A DNA stretch of 64,000 nt, taken from assembly GCF_001194135.2 (NCBI RefSeq), contig NC_068982.1, positions 160,895,561 to 160,959,560 of the forward strand. The letters are read 5' to 3'. Origin of the DNA: Octopus bimaculoides. Lineage: Eukaryota. Shown here in pieces: positions 40,364-54,683 of this stretch (its first letter is position 1; each line of letters starts with the position of its first letter). The notes under the pieces were generated by a model. It saw only the letters and a program-made list of their open reading frames with translations. It was not told the origin of the DNA and made no database searches. The translations under genes and the position numbers were made by a program.

Positions 40364-41977
40364 TGTAGTATATATTATATAATGCATATATGTGTATGCA
40401 GATTTGACTTTAGAGATGAGAGAGAGAGGACTCAATACGGAAAGTAAAGTAAAAATGTTTAATAAAGGAGAAGAATAATTGAGATACATAGTTCTAGAAT
40501 TTTGAACAGAAATTCTATTCCAAAGAACTGAAAAGTGGTTTTGCACAGAAGTCACTATCTCCAAATAACTCCCGCATTATGTGTGTGTAGACATGTTTTT
40601 CTTTACTTTCTTCTTGTTGTCTTTTCTCTTCTCTTTTTCTTTTTATTTTTTCTTTGCTCATTATCGCGTCTTTCTTGCTTCCCTTTTTTNNNNNNNNNNN
40701 NNNNNNNNNNNNNNNNNNNNNNNNNNNNNNNNNNNNNNNNNNNNNNNNNNNNNNNNNNNNNNNNNNNNNNNNNNNNNNNNNNNNNNNNNNNNNNNNNNNN
40801 NNNNNNNNNNNNNNNNNNNNNNNNNNNNNNNNNNNNNNNNNNNNNNNNNNNNNNNNNNNNNNNNNNNNNNNNNNNNNNNNNNNNNNNNNNNNNNNNNNNN
40901 NNNNNNNNNNNNNNNNNNNNNNNNNNNNNNNNNNNNNNNNNNNNNNNNNNNNNNNNNNNNNNNNNNNNNNNNNNNNNNNNNNNNNNNNNNNNNNNNNNNN
41001 NNNNNNNNNNNNNNNNNNNNNNNNNNNNNNNNNNNNNNNNNNATATATATATATATATATAAATGTTTGTTTTTTTTATTATCTAATGATATATGTTTGA
41101 ACTCATTAACTTAGTAACTAGACTTTTCTCTGATGTTACATCATAGTCAATTTGCAAGGATACATTGAAAAATTACATGCTTATATATGTTTGTGTGCGC
41201 GCGTGCATATGTCAGTGTTGCTATGTGTTTCCCTTTCAAACGTAAACGAAGCAACATGACACAGTTTAAGCAAAGTAGGCAATGTATAGATACACAGTAA
41301 GTATATTCAATTGAGTGAAGCAATACTTCTTAGAAAATTAGTCTCATTCGTTTCGCAACAGGATTTGTCAAATTATAGAGAGAAATAGACGGTAGTTTCG
41401 TGGTAATGGTTTTTAGCATTTCAAGCATGACCCTTCATCAATATCGCCACCTTTCACACATTCGTTTCGTGTTTCTATATCAGAACTGACCCTACAAATA
41501 TCATCTACGGCATTAAGTGGTAACTGTATGATCCACTGTATAGAGGAGCAAGTAGTTACTCGATTCATAATCGTTTTACGAAGTATCCGCAGGAAGTATC
41601 ACGTAACAACACTGAATAACTATGGTTTGTGTTCTACCGCCTCAGTACTTCCATGCCCCATATATGTTACTGTTTTAGGAATGACATAACACCATGGTAC
41701 TTCTGTTTTCCGGATTCGTTATAAGAGTCAGTTGAATATTAAAATAAACCTCCAAGAGATGCAATTGTTTTAGTCTAAGCACACGATTTCAGACTAAAGC
41801 ATCCGCACAACAAGAGCAACTTAAAAAATATACCAGTTCATACGTATGTATATATGTATGCATGTAAGTAAGTAAGTATGTATTTATGTATGTATGTATG
41901 TATGTACATATGTATATTATATTTACAGATATAGTATCTATATAATATATATGTTAAATATATATACACAGACACAG

Positions 41978-42017
<40 letters not shown>

Positions 42018-42109
42018 NNNNNNNNNNNNNNNNNNNNNNNNNNNNNNNNNNNNNNNNNNNNNNNNNNNNNNNNNNNNNNNNNNNNNNNNNNCTCAGGGGA
42101 TTAAGGTAC

Positions 42110-42284
42110 ATTTTAAAAATAACGTCGACCACTAACGTGGACAATTAATGCGCTAGAAATAGATCACATTTTGTGTCTATTAAGACCTCATATTGAGAAC
42201 TTTTTAGGTCTTAATAGACACAAAATGTGATCTATTTCTAGCGCATTAATTGTCCACGTTAGTGGTCGACGTTATTTTTAAAAT
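42110..42284. repeat. Perfect 79-bp inverted repeat with a 17-nt spacer
   Basis: 42110-42188 is the exact reverse complement of 42206-42284. Confidence 0.92.
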
Positions 42285-42451
42285 ATATATATATATATAT
42301 ATACGTTTATATATATATACATATATATAAGTATATACTTATGTAGATATATATATACACACACACATACATACACACATACATATATACATACATACGT
42401 ACGGACGTACATACATACATACATACATACATACATACATACATACATACA

Positions 42452-42483
<32 letters not shown>

Positions 42484-43234
42484 AAACACGTACCCCCCGT
42501 CTATTCATCTAATCATTTCAAGACGATTCTTCAAAATAATTTTTGCAACTTTGATATATTGTAAAATTATTTCTAGAAGAGATAGTCATGGGATTTGTGA
42601 TTTTTTTGTTCAATGTAACTTTGCAGATATAAACTTTAGGTCAGTTTATCAGACAGTACAGTAAATCTGTTTGAAGTTTTCATAGACTGTTTTAAATCTG
42701 TGTGGATTGTACCATGTAGAAAACATCGACATTGAGTGATATGAGTTTTTGCAAAAGAAATTACCGCCTAGCAATAATAGTATTGAGTAAACCTGTTGCT
42801 ATAACTTATCATGCATTACTGGTAACTATCATGCGATTAATGAACGAATCATTATCTGTTATCTGTAGCTCTTAACTAATGATATTGTTGGAGCTACAAG
42901 TTATATAACAACCCGCTTGTATCAAAACTTAGATCTGTAGAGAAAGAACATAGTTCCTTAATTCATAAGCTATAAATGTATGTGCTATCTGGAAGCTTCA
43001 AAATTTGTAAAATCTTACTATTCACGATTGAACACTTACACAAGAGACGATGACAATTTCTTTTTCTTTAAAACGTGGGGAGGTGGCCGGTCAAAATTAA
43101 ATGAAGAATTAAAAGAGTGAACATACATACATACATGCATACATACATGCATACGTACTTACATACATACATACATGCATACATACATACATACATACAT
43201 ACATACATACATACATACATACATACATACATAC

Positions 43235-43700
43235 TGGAGGAACACCCCAATATAAACATCAATTCCGTGCAAACATAACAGATCTGATATTCTTCTATGG
43301 GGCAGGGAACAAAAGTCATGCACTATTGTAGAGGTCAGCGGCCCAGCAGATGTGAATATACAATTGAGAGTTAAGAAGAAAAAAACATTCATGACGAATC
43401 AATGTACCCTAACTATGAATTCCCTTTTGTAACTATTTGTCCTTCAAGGACAAAGAGCAAAAGAAATTGGTGCGGATTTTCCAAATCCAATCTATAAGTG
43501 GCACAGTGAAGATGTGTAAGACATTCCAAAAACTATCCCTGTGAGATTCTTATGTGAATAGATGCACACACTTAGGTGTATACATCGACAGTTTAAACAA
43601 CACGCTAACTCAACCACATATTTACAAATACTATGAACTCTCTTAAATCAAAAAGTCTTGATGTTTTGTTAGTAACCAGCTTGAACTCAAAGAAAAATCA
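43235..43700 (+). mobile_element. R4/Dong-like RLE 3' fragment embedded in (CATA)n
   Basis: TSIPCKHNRSDILLWGREQKSCTIVEVSGPADVNIQLRV...ISGTVKMCKTF; (CATA)n on both sides. Confidence 0.8.
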
Positions 43701-43880
43701 TACATACATACATGCATGTATACACGCATACACACACATACATGCATACATACATACATACACACACACACATACATACATGCATACATACATACATACA
43801 CACACACATACATACATGCATACATACATACATACACACACACATACATACATGCATGCATACATACATACATACATACA

Positions 43881-43912
<32 letters not shown>

Positions 43913-45896
43913 CGGATAAAGAGGGAAATATTGTTAAAAGAGCTTTAGAAATGCTCTGTTATGTTCTTACGATTGCATTTCTATTGTTAACATCCAACTC
44001 ATTTAGAATTTAATTCAGATTTGGGGCCCTACTGAGAAGTCTTTAGAACAAACTTCACCGGAGAAATATAGCATTTAGTTTCACCTTTCTGAATCGCGAA
44101 TTCTTATTTTTCGTTTGTTGCTTTTTTTTTTTCTCATTGTCAGTAAGTTAAGTACCTGTAGCACAGTAAAATTCAACCAGACCACTATGCTAATGCAATT
44201 ATATTGTTCTTATAACGAACCACAATATAACTGTGGTTTGCAGTTATTACCCTATCGTCTGAAAAGGTCACGCGTGCCCATATAGTTCATGATATCGCAA
44301 ATCTGTACGATCGTTCACCGTGTTCTCTTCAGACAGGTCCGACATGAGCTTAAACAACATGAATACCACTTTCTATAACACTCTTTTGAAAACTCTGAGT
44401 TGCTAGAAGTTGTTTCCTGATTAAATTTTCAATAAGGATTGTGCATTGTTTATCTAGGTTCCGAGTTTTAATTCTTTTATTTCAGAATCGAATTTGCGCT
44501 TAAGTTATTTAATTTCACTCGACATGATTAAATTTTGCTTGACATTAATTCAGCATGACACAGTTTTACTTCTCTTGTTCATATCATACATTTAGTTGTG
44601 GCATGGCAGTTACAAAATCTCAATTCAAATGTACGCTAAAACGTGAAGCCCTTCTGTCATTCTGTCTGCGGTGTATTGTTTTGCCTTAATGGCAGCCCTG
44701 CTTGAATAGAGCTACTTTCATAAGCATCCCATCTTTTACTTCAGATACAATGTGTCTATAACTACATTCTCTAATGTTCTCTTTTCTTCTTTTACGGTGG
44801 AAAAGTATGATTTCATTGAGATTTGGCTGCTATTTCTAACAAGTTGAGTGATAATACAAAGACTTTCTCATTGCCCCCTGTTATAGTGTTGAGGTTGGTT
44901 CGCAACCGGCAGCCTTAGCTGCTAGTCCACCACAGTACAGCTGTCAGTTTGCAACGCTTTACAACAAGTATGTGTCAAATGTTTATAAAAATAGTTGAGA
45001 CTTCATAAAATATCACTATTTCATATGCAACATATATCTGATACACTTGCACAATGTTAGAAATCAATATCGTTCGATAGACCTCAATAGACAGGAACAC
45101 AATGTTCCCAAGTAATATTCAACGTGATATCTCTAAAATAAGTCTCAATGCAGAAATGCCAGTTGTACGGATATGTCAATTAGCTCTATTATATTCGTTT
45201 TGTATCAATCAAAAACAAAAATTTTATCCCATATTGGGTCGAGGGTCTTCCACAAAATGTAAGTCCCTTTGAAGTAAATCCTTTGTTTAAAACTGTTTCA
45301 TATCATCTACTCACTTAATGATCTACAGAAAATCTCAGTCTTACTTTCTCATCTAAATAAATCTAGGTCTTCTACCAAATCAGAAAATAAACCAGTTTTT
45401 CCACTAAATTTCAATGTTTCCTTATTGATTTATTATATATTCTAGCATCGTTAAGAAGAAAACGTAATTATTATTGGACCGTCTGTGTACATGAAAACTT
45501 ATGGAATTATTCGAGACTTTTCCTAATTATATTCAATATTGATTATCTTCAATTGCGCATATATTTACTATTTTCTTTTCTTTCGTTTCTAATTTTATGT
45601 CGTTCAAAAGGAAAAAAATTCCCTCAACGTAAATTACAGTAGCTCGGAGTTTAAATTGGAGTGTCTTCAAATATTAAATATGGTTAGGTTCAGGGTACAA
45701 GTACCAAAAGAATTAGATAAATGAGGTTAATAAGGGAATGATTTACCTATATTGGTTGCTCCCACATATGTTTTAATATTAATGTTGGAAATATTAACCA
45801 TATGAAAAACATATTTAACATTCTAACACTGCTACTCCACAGCATCACTCATTCATTCACACATTTTCTCCGCCACAATCTGACACACAATCACTA

Positions 45897-45937
<41 letters not shown>

Positions 45938-45963
45938 CATATAAATATATTTCAACTTCTTAC

Positions 45964-45992
45964 CTTCACTCTCTTTTCAACTCATACTCAGC
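45964..45992 (-). other. Candidate 29-nt non-coding micro-exon
   Basis: Acceptor cattctcttctattttacag, donor GAAG|gtaaga; stops in all three frames. Confidence 0.3.
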
Positions 45993-46167
45993 CTGTAAAA
46001 TAGAAGAGAATGTGTTGTCAGACATATAAATTTTCTGTGCTCATGTGTATATACCTGCATTTATATGTATACATGTGTGTGATTGTTTCGTTGGTGTATT
46101 CTTTCACTCACTTCACTCATTGAGCTGCGACCATACTTGATTCTGTTGAACATATCAACCCTTGCAC

Positions 46168-46560
46168 TTACTCTTTTACTTGTTTCAGTCATTTGACTGC
46201 GGCCATACTGGAGCACCGCCTTTAGTCTAAGAAATCGACCCCAGGACTTATTCTTTGTAACCCTAGTACTTATTTTATCGGTCTCTTTTGCCGAACCGCT
46301 AAGTTACAGGGACGTAAACACACCAGCATCGGTTGTCAAGCGATGTTAGGGGACAAACACAGACACACAAACACACATATATATATACATACATATACAT
46401 ATACATATATACGACGGGCTTCTTTCAGTTTCCGTCTATCAAATCCACTCACATGGCTTTGGTTGGCCTGAGGCTATAGTAGAAGACACTTGCAGTGGGA
46501 CTGAACCCGGAACCATGTGGTTGGTAAGCAAGCTACTTACCACACAGCCACTCCTGCGCC
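46168..46560 (-). mobile_element. SINE family A, near full length
   Basis: rc starts gcgcaggagtggctgtgtggtaag and ends gactgaaacaagtaaaagagt. Confidence 0.93.
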
Positions 46561-46744
46561 TTATTCAATATAGTATTCATTTCACCAGTCACAATTTATC
46601 AAACTGGTAGGATACGAGACATTGACGCACACAAGACTAGATTTTTTTTTTTTTTTTTTTTCTGAACATATCTATTTTTGGTGAACCGTACTCCCACGTT
46701 TCACGCAGCGGATATCGAAGAAATGAGCTTATCTATACTCAGAT

Positions 46745-46862
46745 GAGTGAATCGAGAAAAAATAAAGTGGCTTACTCAAGACACAAGCTACCCAGCCCAG
46801 AAATCGAACGCAAATCTCATAATCATAAACTCAACTGCTTAACCACTGAGCAACACAACTTC
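46745..46862 (-). mobile_element. tRNA-like SINE head, decayed
   Basis: rc gtgttgctcagtggttaagcagttg...gcgttcgatttctgggctgggtagcttgtgtcttgagtaag. Confidence 0.5.
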
Positions 46863-47140
46863 ACATAGTTATGTGCGTATATACGTACGTTTATAAGTAT
46901 GTATATGGAGGTATATCAATAGCGTTTCCTGCTACGTAAGTCAAAGCATACAATTTTAAAAATCAAAACCTTATTATTAAAGTACGGTACGTATAGCATG
47001 TGTGTACCTCCCTCTCAGACTGTATCTCACAAAATGAAAAGATTTATATTAAATTTAAAGTTGTTATTTGCTTAATATTTATATCTTAGGTATGTATTGC
47101 TTGCCTTGGATTGGTGCAGGAACATCAAGTATGTATCTCC

Positions 47141-47171
<31 letters not shown>

Positions 47172-47495
47172 TGTATGTATGTATGTATGTACATGTGTGC
47201 TTGTGTGTGTCTGCGTGAGTGAGTGTCTACACATACAGAGAGGAGAAGAGAATGAAAAAGATTAAATATATAGTTATATTTGTGTATACTCATACACACA
47301 CTCACATATACATATGTATATATATATATATATATATANNNNNNNNNNNNNNNNNNNNNNNNNNNNNNNNNNNNNNNNNNNNNNNNNNNNNNNNNNNNNN
47401 NNNNNNNNNNNNNNNNNNNNNNNNNNNNNNNNNNNNNNNNNNNNNNNNNNNNNNNNNNNNNNNNNNNNNNNNNNNNNNNNNNNNNNNNNNNNNNN

Positions 47496-47536
<41 letters not shown>

Positions 47537-47752
47537 AAGAGAGAGGGTGAGTGAGAGGAAAAGAGAAAATATGAAGAAGCAGGAATAAGAAAATTTCGAG
47601 AATCGTCTGAACTAAAATTTTTTTCTTTATTTTCGTCTTAATATACGTTACCATTGTCCTCCCATCCACCCAACGAGAACACTCTCACGTGCACACATAT
47701 GCACATACACATACACATACACATTCACAGAGACACTCTTTCCCATGCATAA

Positions 47753-47790
<38 letters not shown>

Positions 47791-48729
47791 CTGCACACAC
47801 AAATATACATAAACACCCACCACGCATACATGTACAAATGTATACATATTTTTACACACATGTCTATGTATTTACAAACATATATGCATATACATAGAAA
47901 TGCACAAACAGAAACGCAGATACGTGGGTATATATGCATATATGGAAATACATATACATATAAATACATACGTATATAGATAGATACTTATATACCTACT
48001 TACATGCATACATAAATACATACATAGCCAAATAGTCGTTATTTGTACATGACTCCCCAGCTTCCTCACTACATCCAATCTTCTATCTCTCCGAATTTAT
48101 CTTCTCCTTCCTTATATGCTTTCTTCTTCAACTTCATCTTCTGCAACTCGTACCCACTCTGTCCTCTCGTATTCGTTCTTCTCTTTCTGTTCACTTCTAT
48201 TTTTCTTTTTTATTTCGATCCTTTTGCATTTCCTTCTCCTACATTTCCTTTCACAAAATAAATAAATTTATTTTCTGATTTTCTTTTAATTTTTATTTTA
48301 TTAATTTATATTATTTTTATTTCTATATTTTTTTTTTTATTTATCTGAATATTTTAGTCTAGAAATTAAATTATTTTTATTCATTTATTCATAAATTTTT
48401 ACGCTGTTTTATTATGAAGTTTTGGAGCAAAATATGTTTGTTGTTATCGTTGTTGTTTGAAAATATTTCACAAAATGAAGAAAAAAAATTATAGCATTTA
48501 TTTTATGTGTGAGCGCATGCGCGCGCGCGTGTGTGTGTAGGTGTGTGTGCGTGTTCGTGTGTAGGTGTGTGTGTGTGTTCGTGTGTCTGTTTGTGTTTGT
48601 GTATGTGTGCATATTGATTATTCAGAAAATCAACCCTAATAAATAAAGAAAAATGAATATATATATATCTTTAAACATTGGTGTCGACAGTGAGAAATAG
48701 CGAAAATTCTACCAAGCAGGAGAAGGAAG

Positions 48730-48816
48730 CAGAAGGAATAGAAGAAGAAGGAGAAGGAATAGAAGAAGAAGAAGAAGAAGAAGAAGAAGAAGAAGAAGAA
48801 GAAGAAGAAGAAGAAG

Positions 48817-48847
<31 letters not shown>

Positions 48848-48850
48848 GGG
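48730..48850 (+). repeat. (GAA)n microsatellite
   Basis: Directly visible. Confidence 0.97.
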
Positions 48851-48928
48851 GAAGATGAGAGGAGGAGAGTAGTAGGAGGTGGATTTGATTTTTTGTCATT
48901 GAGAAATGATTTAAGGGTTTTTGCTTCG

Positions 48929-48960
<32 letters not shown>

Positions 48961-49151
48961 TTTTATTATTTTGTTACACAGAAAATTGGTGTTTAAAATC
49001 TCAGAAAATATTCGTAATCAATGTATTGAAAATTGGTGATGATTAAGACTGTTTTCAATATTAAGGATACTTAAATAATGTCGTCGTTACTGAAGAATGG
49101 TTCGAACGAAGGAATGATTGAACGAATGAACGGAAGAGAGGAAGGAGGAGA

Positions 49152-49237
<86 letters not shown>

Positions 49238-49451
49238 GTGGCAAAAAAGTTAATGTGAAAGAAGGAAGTTAAAGCCAGAAACGAAGGAAGGAAGGAAGGA
49301 AGGAAGGAAGGAAAATAAAATGCAAGGAAAAAGCACGAAAGAAAGAAGGATTAACATTGAAAATGAAGAAAAAGAAAGGTAAAATGATTGAATGAATGAA
49401 TGGATGAATGAATGAATGAATGAATGAACGAGTGAATGAATGAATGAATAA

Positions 49452-49531
<80 letters not shown>

Positions 49532-49899
49532 AGGAAAAATGGAAGAATGACTGAAAATAAAAATTCAGGAGAAAAATTTATGACTCTCACATAATATCGA
49601 CCGAATAGCAAACGCTTATCAGAGAAAGCAGTCGGAAGGAGAAGGAAAGGAAATTGTAGAGGAAACGTTAGAATTGGTAAATGACTGAGAATAAGAAATA
49701 TTTAACCTTTAAGTTCAACTAATTTGCAGTTCTGCTCATATTTAGAAGGGACGTTTTATCTTTGTTTTTTTGGAGGGGTTTTTTTCTACTTAAATATATC
49801 TTTCTTTTCTTTCGCTGCCTTGGGCAACTAGAAATGCGGTTAACACGATAGTTGGTCATCAAAATATCAATATATGCATAGATAGATAGATAGATAGTG

Positions 49900-49950
<51 letters not shown>

Positions 49951-50311
49951 AATTTGCATGTTCGTATTAAATGTGTATCACACGCGCACACATACACACA
50001 ATCACAGACATACATACACAAACACACAAATACATATGCATACACATACATATATATACGCATACACACACATACACACATGTATATGTATTTGTAATGA
50101 GAGAGAGGTGATAAAAATGATAAAAAGTGTTGTTTTTGTTTTTGATGGGATTCTGGGGACGTTTTTTTTTTTTTTAATAGAAGCCCCTTCAGGCAGTTAT
50201 TTACAATAATAAATATACAAATTCATATTTTCTCTCTCTTTCTCCCCACCTCTTTCTCTCTAGAAAGATATATATATATATATCTTTACATACATACATA
50301 TATACATATGT

Positions 50312-50343
<32 letters not shown>

Positions 50344-51119
50344 CTGTGTGTGTCTGTGTGTATGTGTGTGTGTGTGTGTTTAGCATATAGCATATAATTG
50401 CTAACGTTCCAGAAGTTATTTTAACAACATTGATTCTTGCATTATGATTTTGATGACGTTTATTAGGAGGATACATACACAAGCACACGCACACGCACAC
50501 TCTCATACACACACACAGCCACACGCATACACACACACATATATATATATATGTGTGGGTGTATGCGTGTGCGTACGTGTATGTGTGAGTGCGTGTATGT
50601 GCCTCTGTGTGTGTGTGTGTGTGTGTGTGTGTCTGTGTCTGTAAAAAAATTTTCTTCGGGCAACAAGAAATACTCTGTGTTAAAGTTTTATTGAGAAATC
50701 ACTGTACAATTAAAAACATAATATCTCGATCAGATGTATTGATAAACTAAATATCTGATGCTTAAATCTAGTTAGCACGCTAAAATTGGACTTAGTGAAC
50801 AGAATCAAAATACTTATGACAGCTGTTAAAAACATTCTTGCCTTACGCAAAAGCGGTCTAATATGCAACTTCCTATTTGTCTAGCATTTTCTCTCTCTTC
50901 CTCTGCCCCACCTCTCTCTCTCTAACTATCTATCTCTCACTCTTTCTTTCTCTCTTTCCCTCTCTCTAGAAAGATATTTATATATATATTTACATACATA
51001 CCTGCACACATATATATATATACATTTACATACATACCTGCACACATTTACATACATACCAACACACATTGCCATCAGAGACAGACCAAAATAATAAAGT
51101 TCGATCACTAGGAACGTAC

Positions 51120-51214
51120 CTACGAAAAGCAGTAGCGTTTTAATACACGTCATAAGCATTTTGATTCCGTTAACTAAGTCCTATTTTCGTTAAGCATCGA
51201 ATAACTGGCTTCAC
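51120..51214 (-). other. Candidate 95-nt exon containing an ATG and a signal-peptide-like start (MLMTCIKTLLLFV|G)
   Basis: Acceptor gcgatcttcag, ATG at 51159, donor GTAG|gtacgt in phase 1; identity unknown. Confidence 0.25.
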
Positions 51215-51304
51215 CTGAAGATCGCAGTTGCGTGAAACTCAAGTCGGGAGACAAACACTCAGCTACAGACTTGATTAAAAAAGAAACATACTTTGTACAT
51301 GTAT

Positions 51305-51695
51305 TGAACACTTGCTTCCCAACCACATGGTTCTTGGTTCAGTCTCACTGCAGTGGCACCTTGGACTGGTGTCTTCTACTATAGACACGGGCCGACCAAA
51401 AGCCTTGTGTGTAGATTTAGTAGAGGGAAATTGAAAGAAGCCCATCGTATGTATATATGTATTTATTTATGTGTGTCTTTGTCTCTGTGTTTGTCTCCCT
51501 GTGTTTGTCTCCGCTTGACAACCGGTGTTGGTGTGTTTACGTCTCTATAACTTAGCAGTTCGGCAAAAGAGTCGGATAGAATAAGTACTAGGCTTTAAAA
51601 ATAAGTCCTGGGGTTGATTTGTTCGACTAAAATCCTTCAAGGCGTTGTTCCAGCATGGCTGCAGTCAAATGAACAAAACAAGTTAAAGAATAAAA
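51305..51695 (+). mobile_element. SINE family A
   Basis: cttgcttcccaaccacatgg...gcttgacaaccggtg...cagcatggctgcagtcaaatga. Confidence 0.9.
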
Positions 51696-51703
51696 GGATA
51701 TAT

Positions 51704-51739
<36 letters not shown>

Positions 51740-51812
51740 GCACACACGCACACACACACACATGCACACACACACGTACACACGCACGCACACGCACGCA
51801 CACACACACACG

Positions 51813-51852
<40 letters not shown>

Positions 51853-52532
51853 ATAATAATAATATTAGGGACAAAATCCAAAATTACAGGTAAAAAACTC
51901 AATTAAAATCAATTTATAAAAAATTAAAATTAAATTGAGCCTTATAGATAAAGTATATATAAAATATATAGTTTTAGGGAAAATAACCAATTTTCAAGAA
52001 CTCATCGNNNNNNNNNNNNNNNNNNNNNNNNNNNNNNNNNNNNNNNNNNNNNNNNNNNNNNNNNNNNNNNNNNNNNNNNNNNNNNNNNNNNNNNNNNNNN
52101 NNNNNNNNNNNNNNNNNNNNNNNNNNNNNNNNNNNNNNNNNNNNNNNNNNNNNNNNNNNNNNNNNNNNNNNNNNNNNNNNNNNNNNNNNNNNNNNNNNNN
52201 NNNNNNNNNNNNNNNNNNNNNNNNNNNNNNNNNNNNNNNNNNNNNNNNNNNNNNNNNNNNNNNNNNNNNNNNNNNNNNNNNNNNNNNNNNNNNNNNNNNN
52301 NNNNNNNNNNNNNNNNNNNNNNNNNNNNNNNNNNNNNNNNNNNNNTATCTGTAATTCTGTATTGACTCGAATGGAAAAATGTGTCGCTCAAGGACTTCAG
52401 TTTGAACAACTTTCATGATGTTTCATATTTAGATGCTTTTATTAAATTCATTCAGTTGTTAAACATAAATCTTGGAATTAAATGGTTTTGATTTACTTTC
52501 AGGTGACTTTTGGCCAAACCTATGCTCTTTTT

Positions 52533-52763
52533 TTACTCTTTACTCTTTTACGCGTTTCAGTCATTTGACTGCGGCCATGCTGGAGCACCGCCTTTAGTCG
52601 AGCAAATCTACCCCAGAACTTATTCTTTGTAAGCCTAGTACTTATTCTATCGGTCTCTTTTGACGAACCGCTAAGTTACGGAGACGTAAACACACCAGCA
52701 TCGGTTGTCAAGCGATGTTGGGGGGACAAACACAGACATACAGATAAACACACACACATATAC

Positions 52764-52794
<31 letters not shown>

Positions 52795-52942
52795 CGACGG
52801 AATTCTTTCAGTCTCTGTCTACCAAATCCACTCACAAGGCTTTGGTCGGCCCGAGATTATAGTAGATGACACTTGCCCAAGGTGCCACGCAGTGGGACTG
52901 AACCCGGAAGCAAGCTACTTACCCCACAGCCACTCCCGCGCC
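52533..52942 (-). mobile_element. SINE family A, near full length
   Basis: rc of the family consensus with (aaaagagt)n tail. Confidence 0.93.
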
Positions 52943-52960
52943 TATATATACATATATTAA

Positions 52961-53131
52961 AGAGATTCGTTATGTAAGGCCGGAACAATGCAAGAAGGTA
53001 CAAAGTAAGCTACAAAAAAAAAGAAAAAGTTTCAGTTCTACTTTGTATTTCTATATTGTTTTGTTTTGTTTTGTTTTTATAATTTACTTTGTACTTTCTC
53101 ACGTTGTTCCGGCCTTAAACAAGAAATCTTT
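52961..53131. mobile_element. MITE with ~50-bp imperfect TIRs and TTAA flanks (Kolobok-like)
   Basis: Left agagattcgttatgtaaggccggaacaa... vs right rc aaagatttcttgtttaaggccggaacaa...; TTAA at 52957-52960 and 53132-53135; termini start with purines. Confidence 0.7.
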
Positions 53132-53189
53132 TTAAAGTTATACCACACACTGCATCATTAAAACGACCTCATTTTATATATATTTATAT

Positions 53190-53400
53190 ATTTACTTGTT
53201 TCAGGCATTTGACGGCGGCCATGCTAGGGCACCACCATGAAGGGTTTTAGTCGAACAAATCTCGCACAGGATTTTTTTTCTTAAGTCAGGTAGTTACTCT
53301 GTTGGTCTCTTTGTGCCCAAACGCTAGGTTACGGGGACGTAAACACACCAACACTGGTTATCAAGTTGTGGTGGGAGACAAACACAGACACAAAGACACA
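53190..53400 (-). mobile_element. SINE family A 3' half
   Basis: ggccatgctagggcaccacc...ggttacggggacgtaaacacacc. Confidence 0.8.
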
Positions 53401-53405
53401 CACGC

Positions 53406-53482
<77 letters not shown>

Positions 53483-54370
53483 TGCACACACACATATATA
53501 TACATATGCATATATATATATATATNNNNNNNNNNNNNNNNNNNNNNNNNNNNNNNNNNNNNNNNNNNNNNNNNNNNNNNNNNNNNNNNNNNNNNNNNNN
53601 NNNNNNNNNNNNNNNNNNNNNNNNNNNNNNNNNNNNNNNNNNNNNNNNNNNNNNNNNNNNNNNNNNNNNNNNNNNNNNNNNNNNNNNNNNNNNNNNNNNN
53701 NNNNNNNNNNNNNNNNNNNNNNNNNNNNNNNNNNNNNNNNNNNNNNNNNNNNNNNNNNNNNNNNNNNNNNNNNNNNNNNNNNNNNNNNNNNNNNNNNNNN
53801 NNNNNNNNNNNNNNNNNNNNNNNNNNNNNNNNNNNNNNNNNNNNNNNNNNNNNNNNNNNNNNNNNNNNNNNNNNNNNNNNNNNNNNNNNNNNNNNNNNNN
53901 NNNNNNNNNNNNNNNNNNNNNNNNNNNNNNNNNNNNNNNNNNNNNNNNNNNNNNNNNNNNNNNNNNNNNNNNNNNNNNNNNNNNNNNNNNNNNNNNNNNN
54001 NNNNNNNNNNNNNNNNNNNNNNNNNNNNNNNNNNNNNNNNNNNNNNNNNNNNNNNNNNNNNNNNNNNNNNNNNNNNNNNNNNNNNNNNNNNNNNNNNNNN
54101 NNNNNNNNNNNNNNNNNNNNNNNNNNNNNNNNNNNNNNNNNNNNNNNNNNNNNNNNNNNNNNNNNNNNNNNNNNNNNNNNNNNNNNNNNNNNNNNNNNNN
54201 NNNNNNNNNNNNNNNNNNNNNNNNNNNNNNNNNNNNNNNNNNNNNNNNNNNNNNNNNNNNNNNNNNNNNNNNNNNNNNNNNNNNNNNNNNNNNNNNNNNN
54301 NNNNNNNNNNNNNNNNNNNNNNNNNNNNNNNNNNNNNNNNNNNNNNNNNNNNNNNNNNNNNNNNNNNNNN

Positions 54371-54658
54371 GAACAAGAGGCCAACGAAACTCCATGTAAC
54401 ACTAAAGATGAACTGAAGACAAGGATTATGGCAGTATTTGCCAATTCAAACAAGGAGAACGTCCAGAAGAGTTGCAGGAAATTCCGAAGTCGTCTGGAAG
54501 CCGTGATTGAAGCCAATGGCGATTTTATTGAATGAATTTACTCTTTAGTATTTCAAGATATTTTTATGTAATTTTTGTAAATATATCTGTTAAAATTAGA
54601 TATCAGTGTTATTTTTATTTTTGCGTAATTTAGACGACAGTTTTTGCACCACACCCCA
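54371..54658 (+). mobile_element. Tc1/mariner (maT-like) transposase C-terminus and right end
   Basis: TKDELKTRI...SCRKFRSRLEAVIEANGDFIE* followed by a TIR-like end before (TA)n. Confidence 0.8.
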
Positions 54659-54683
54659 TATATATATATATATATATATATAT

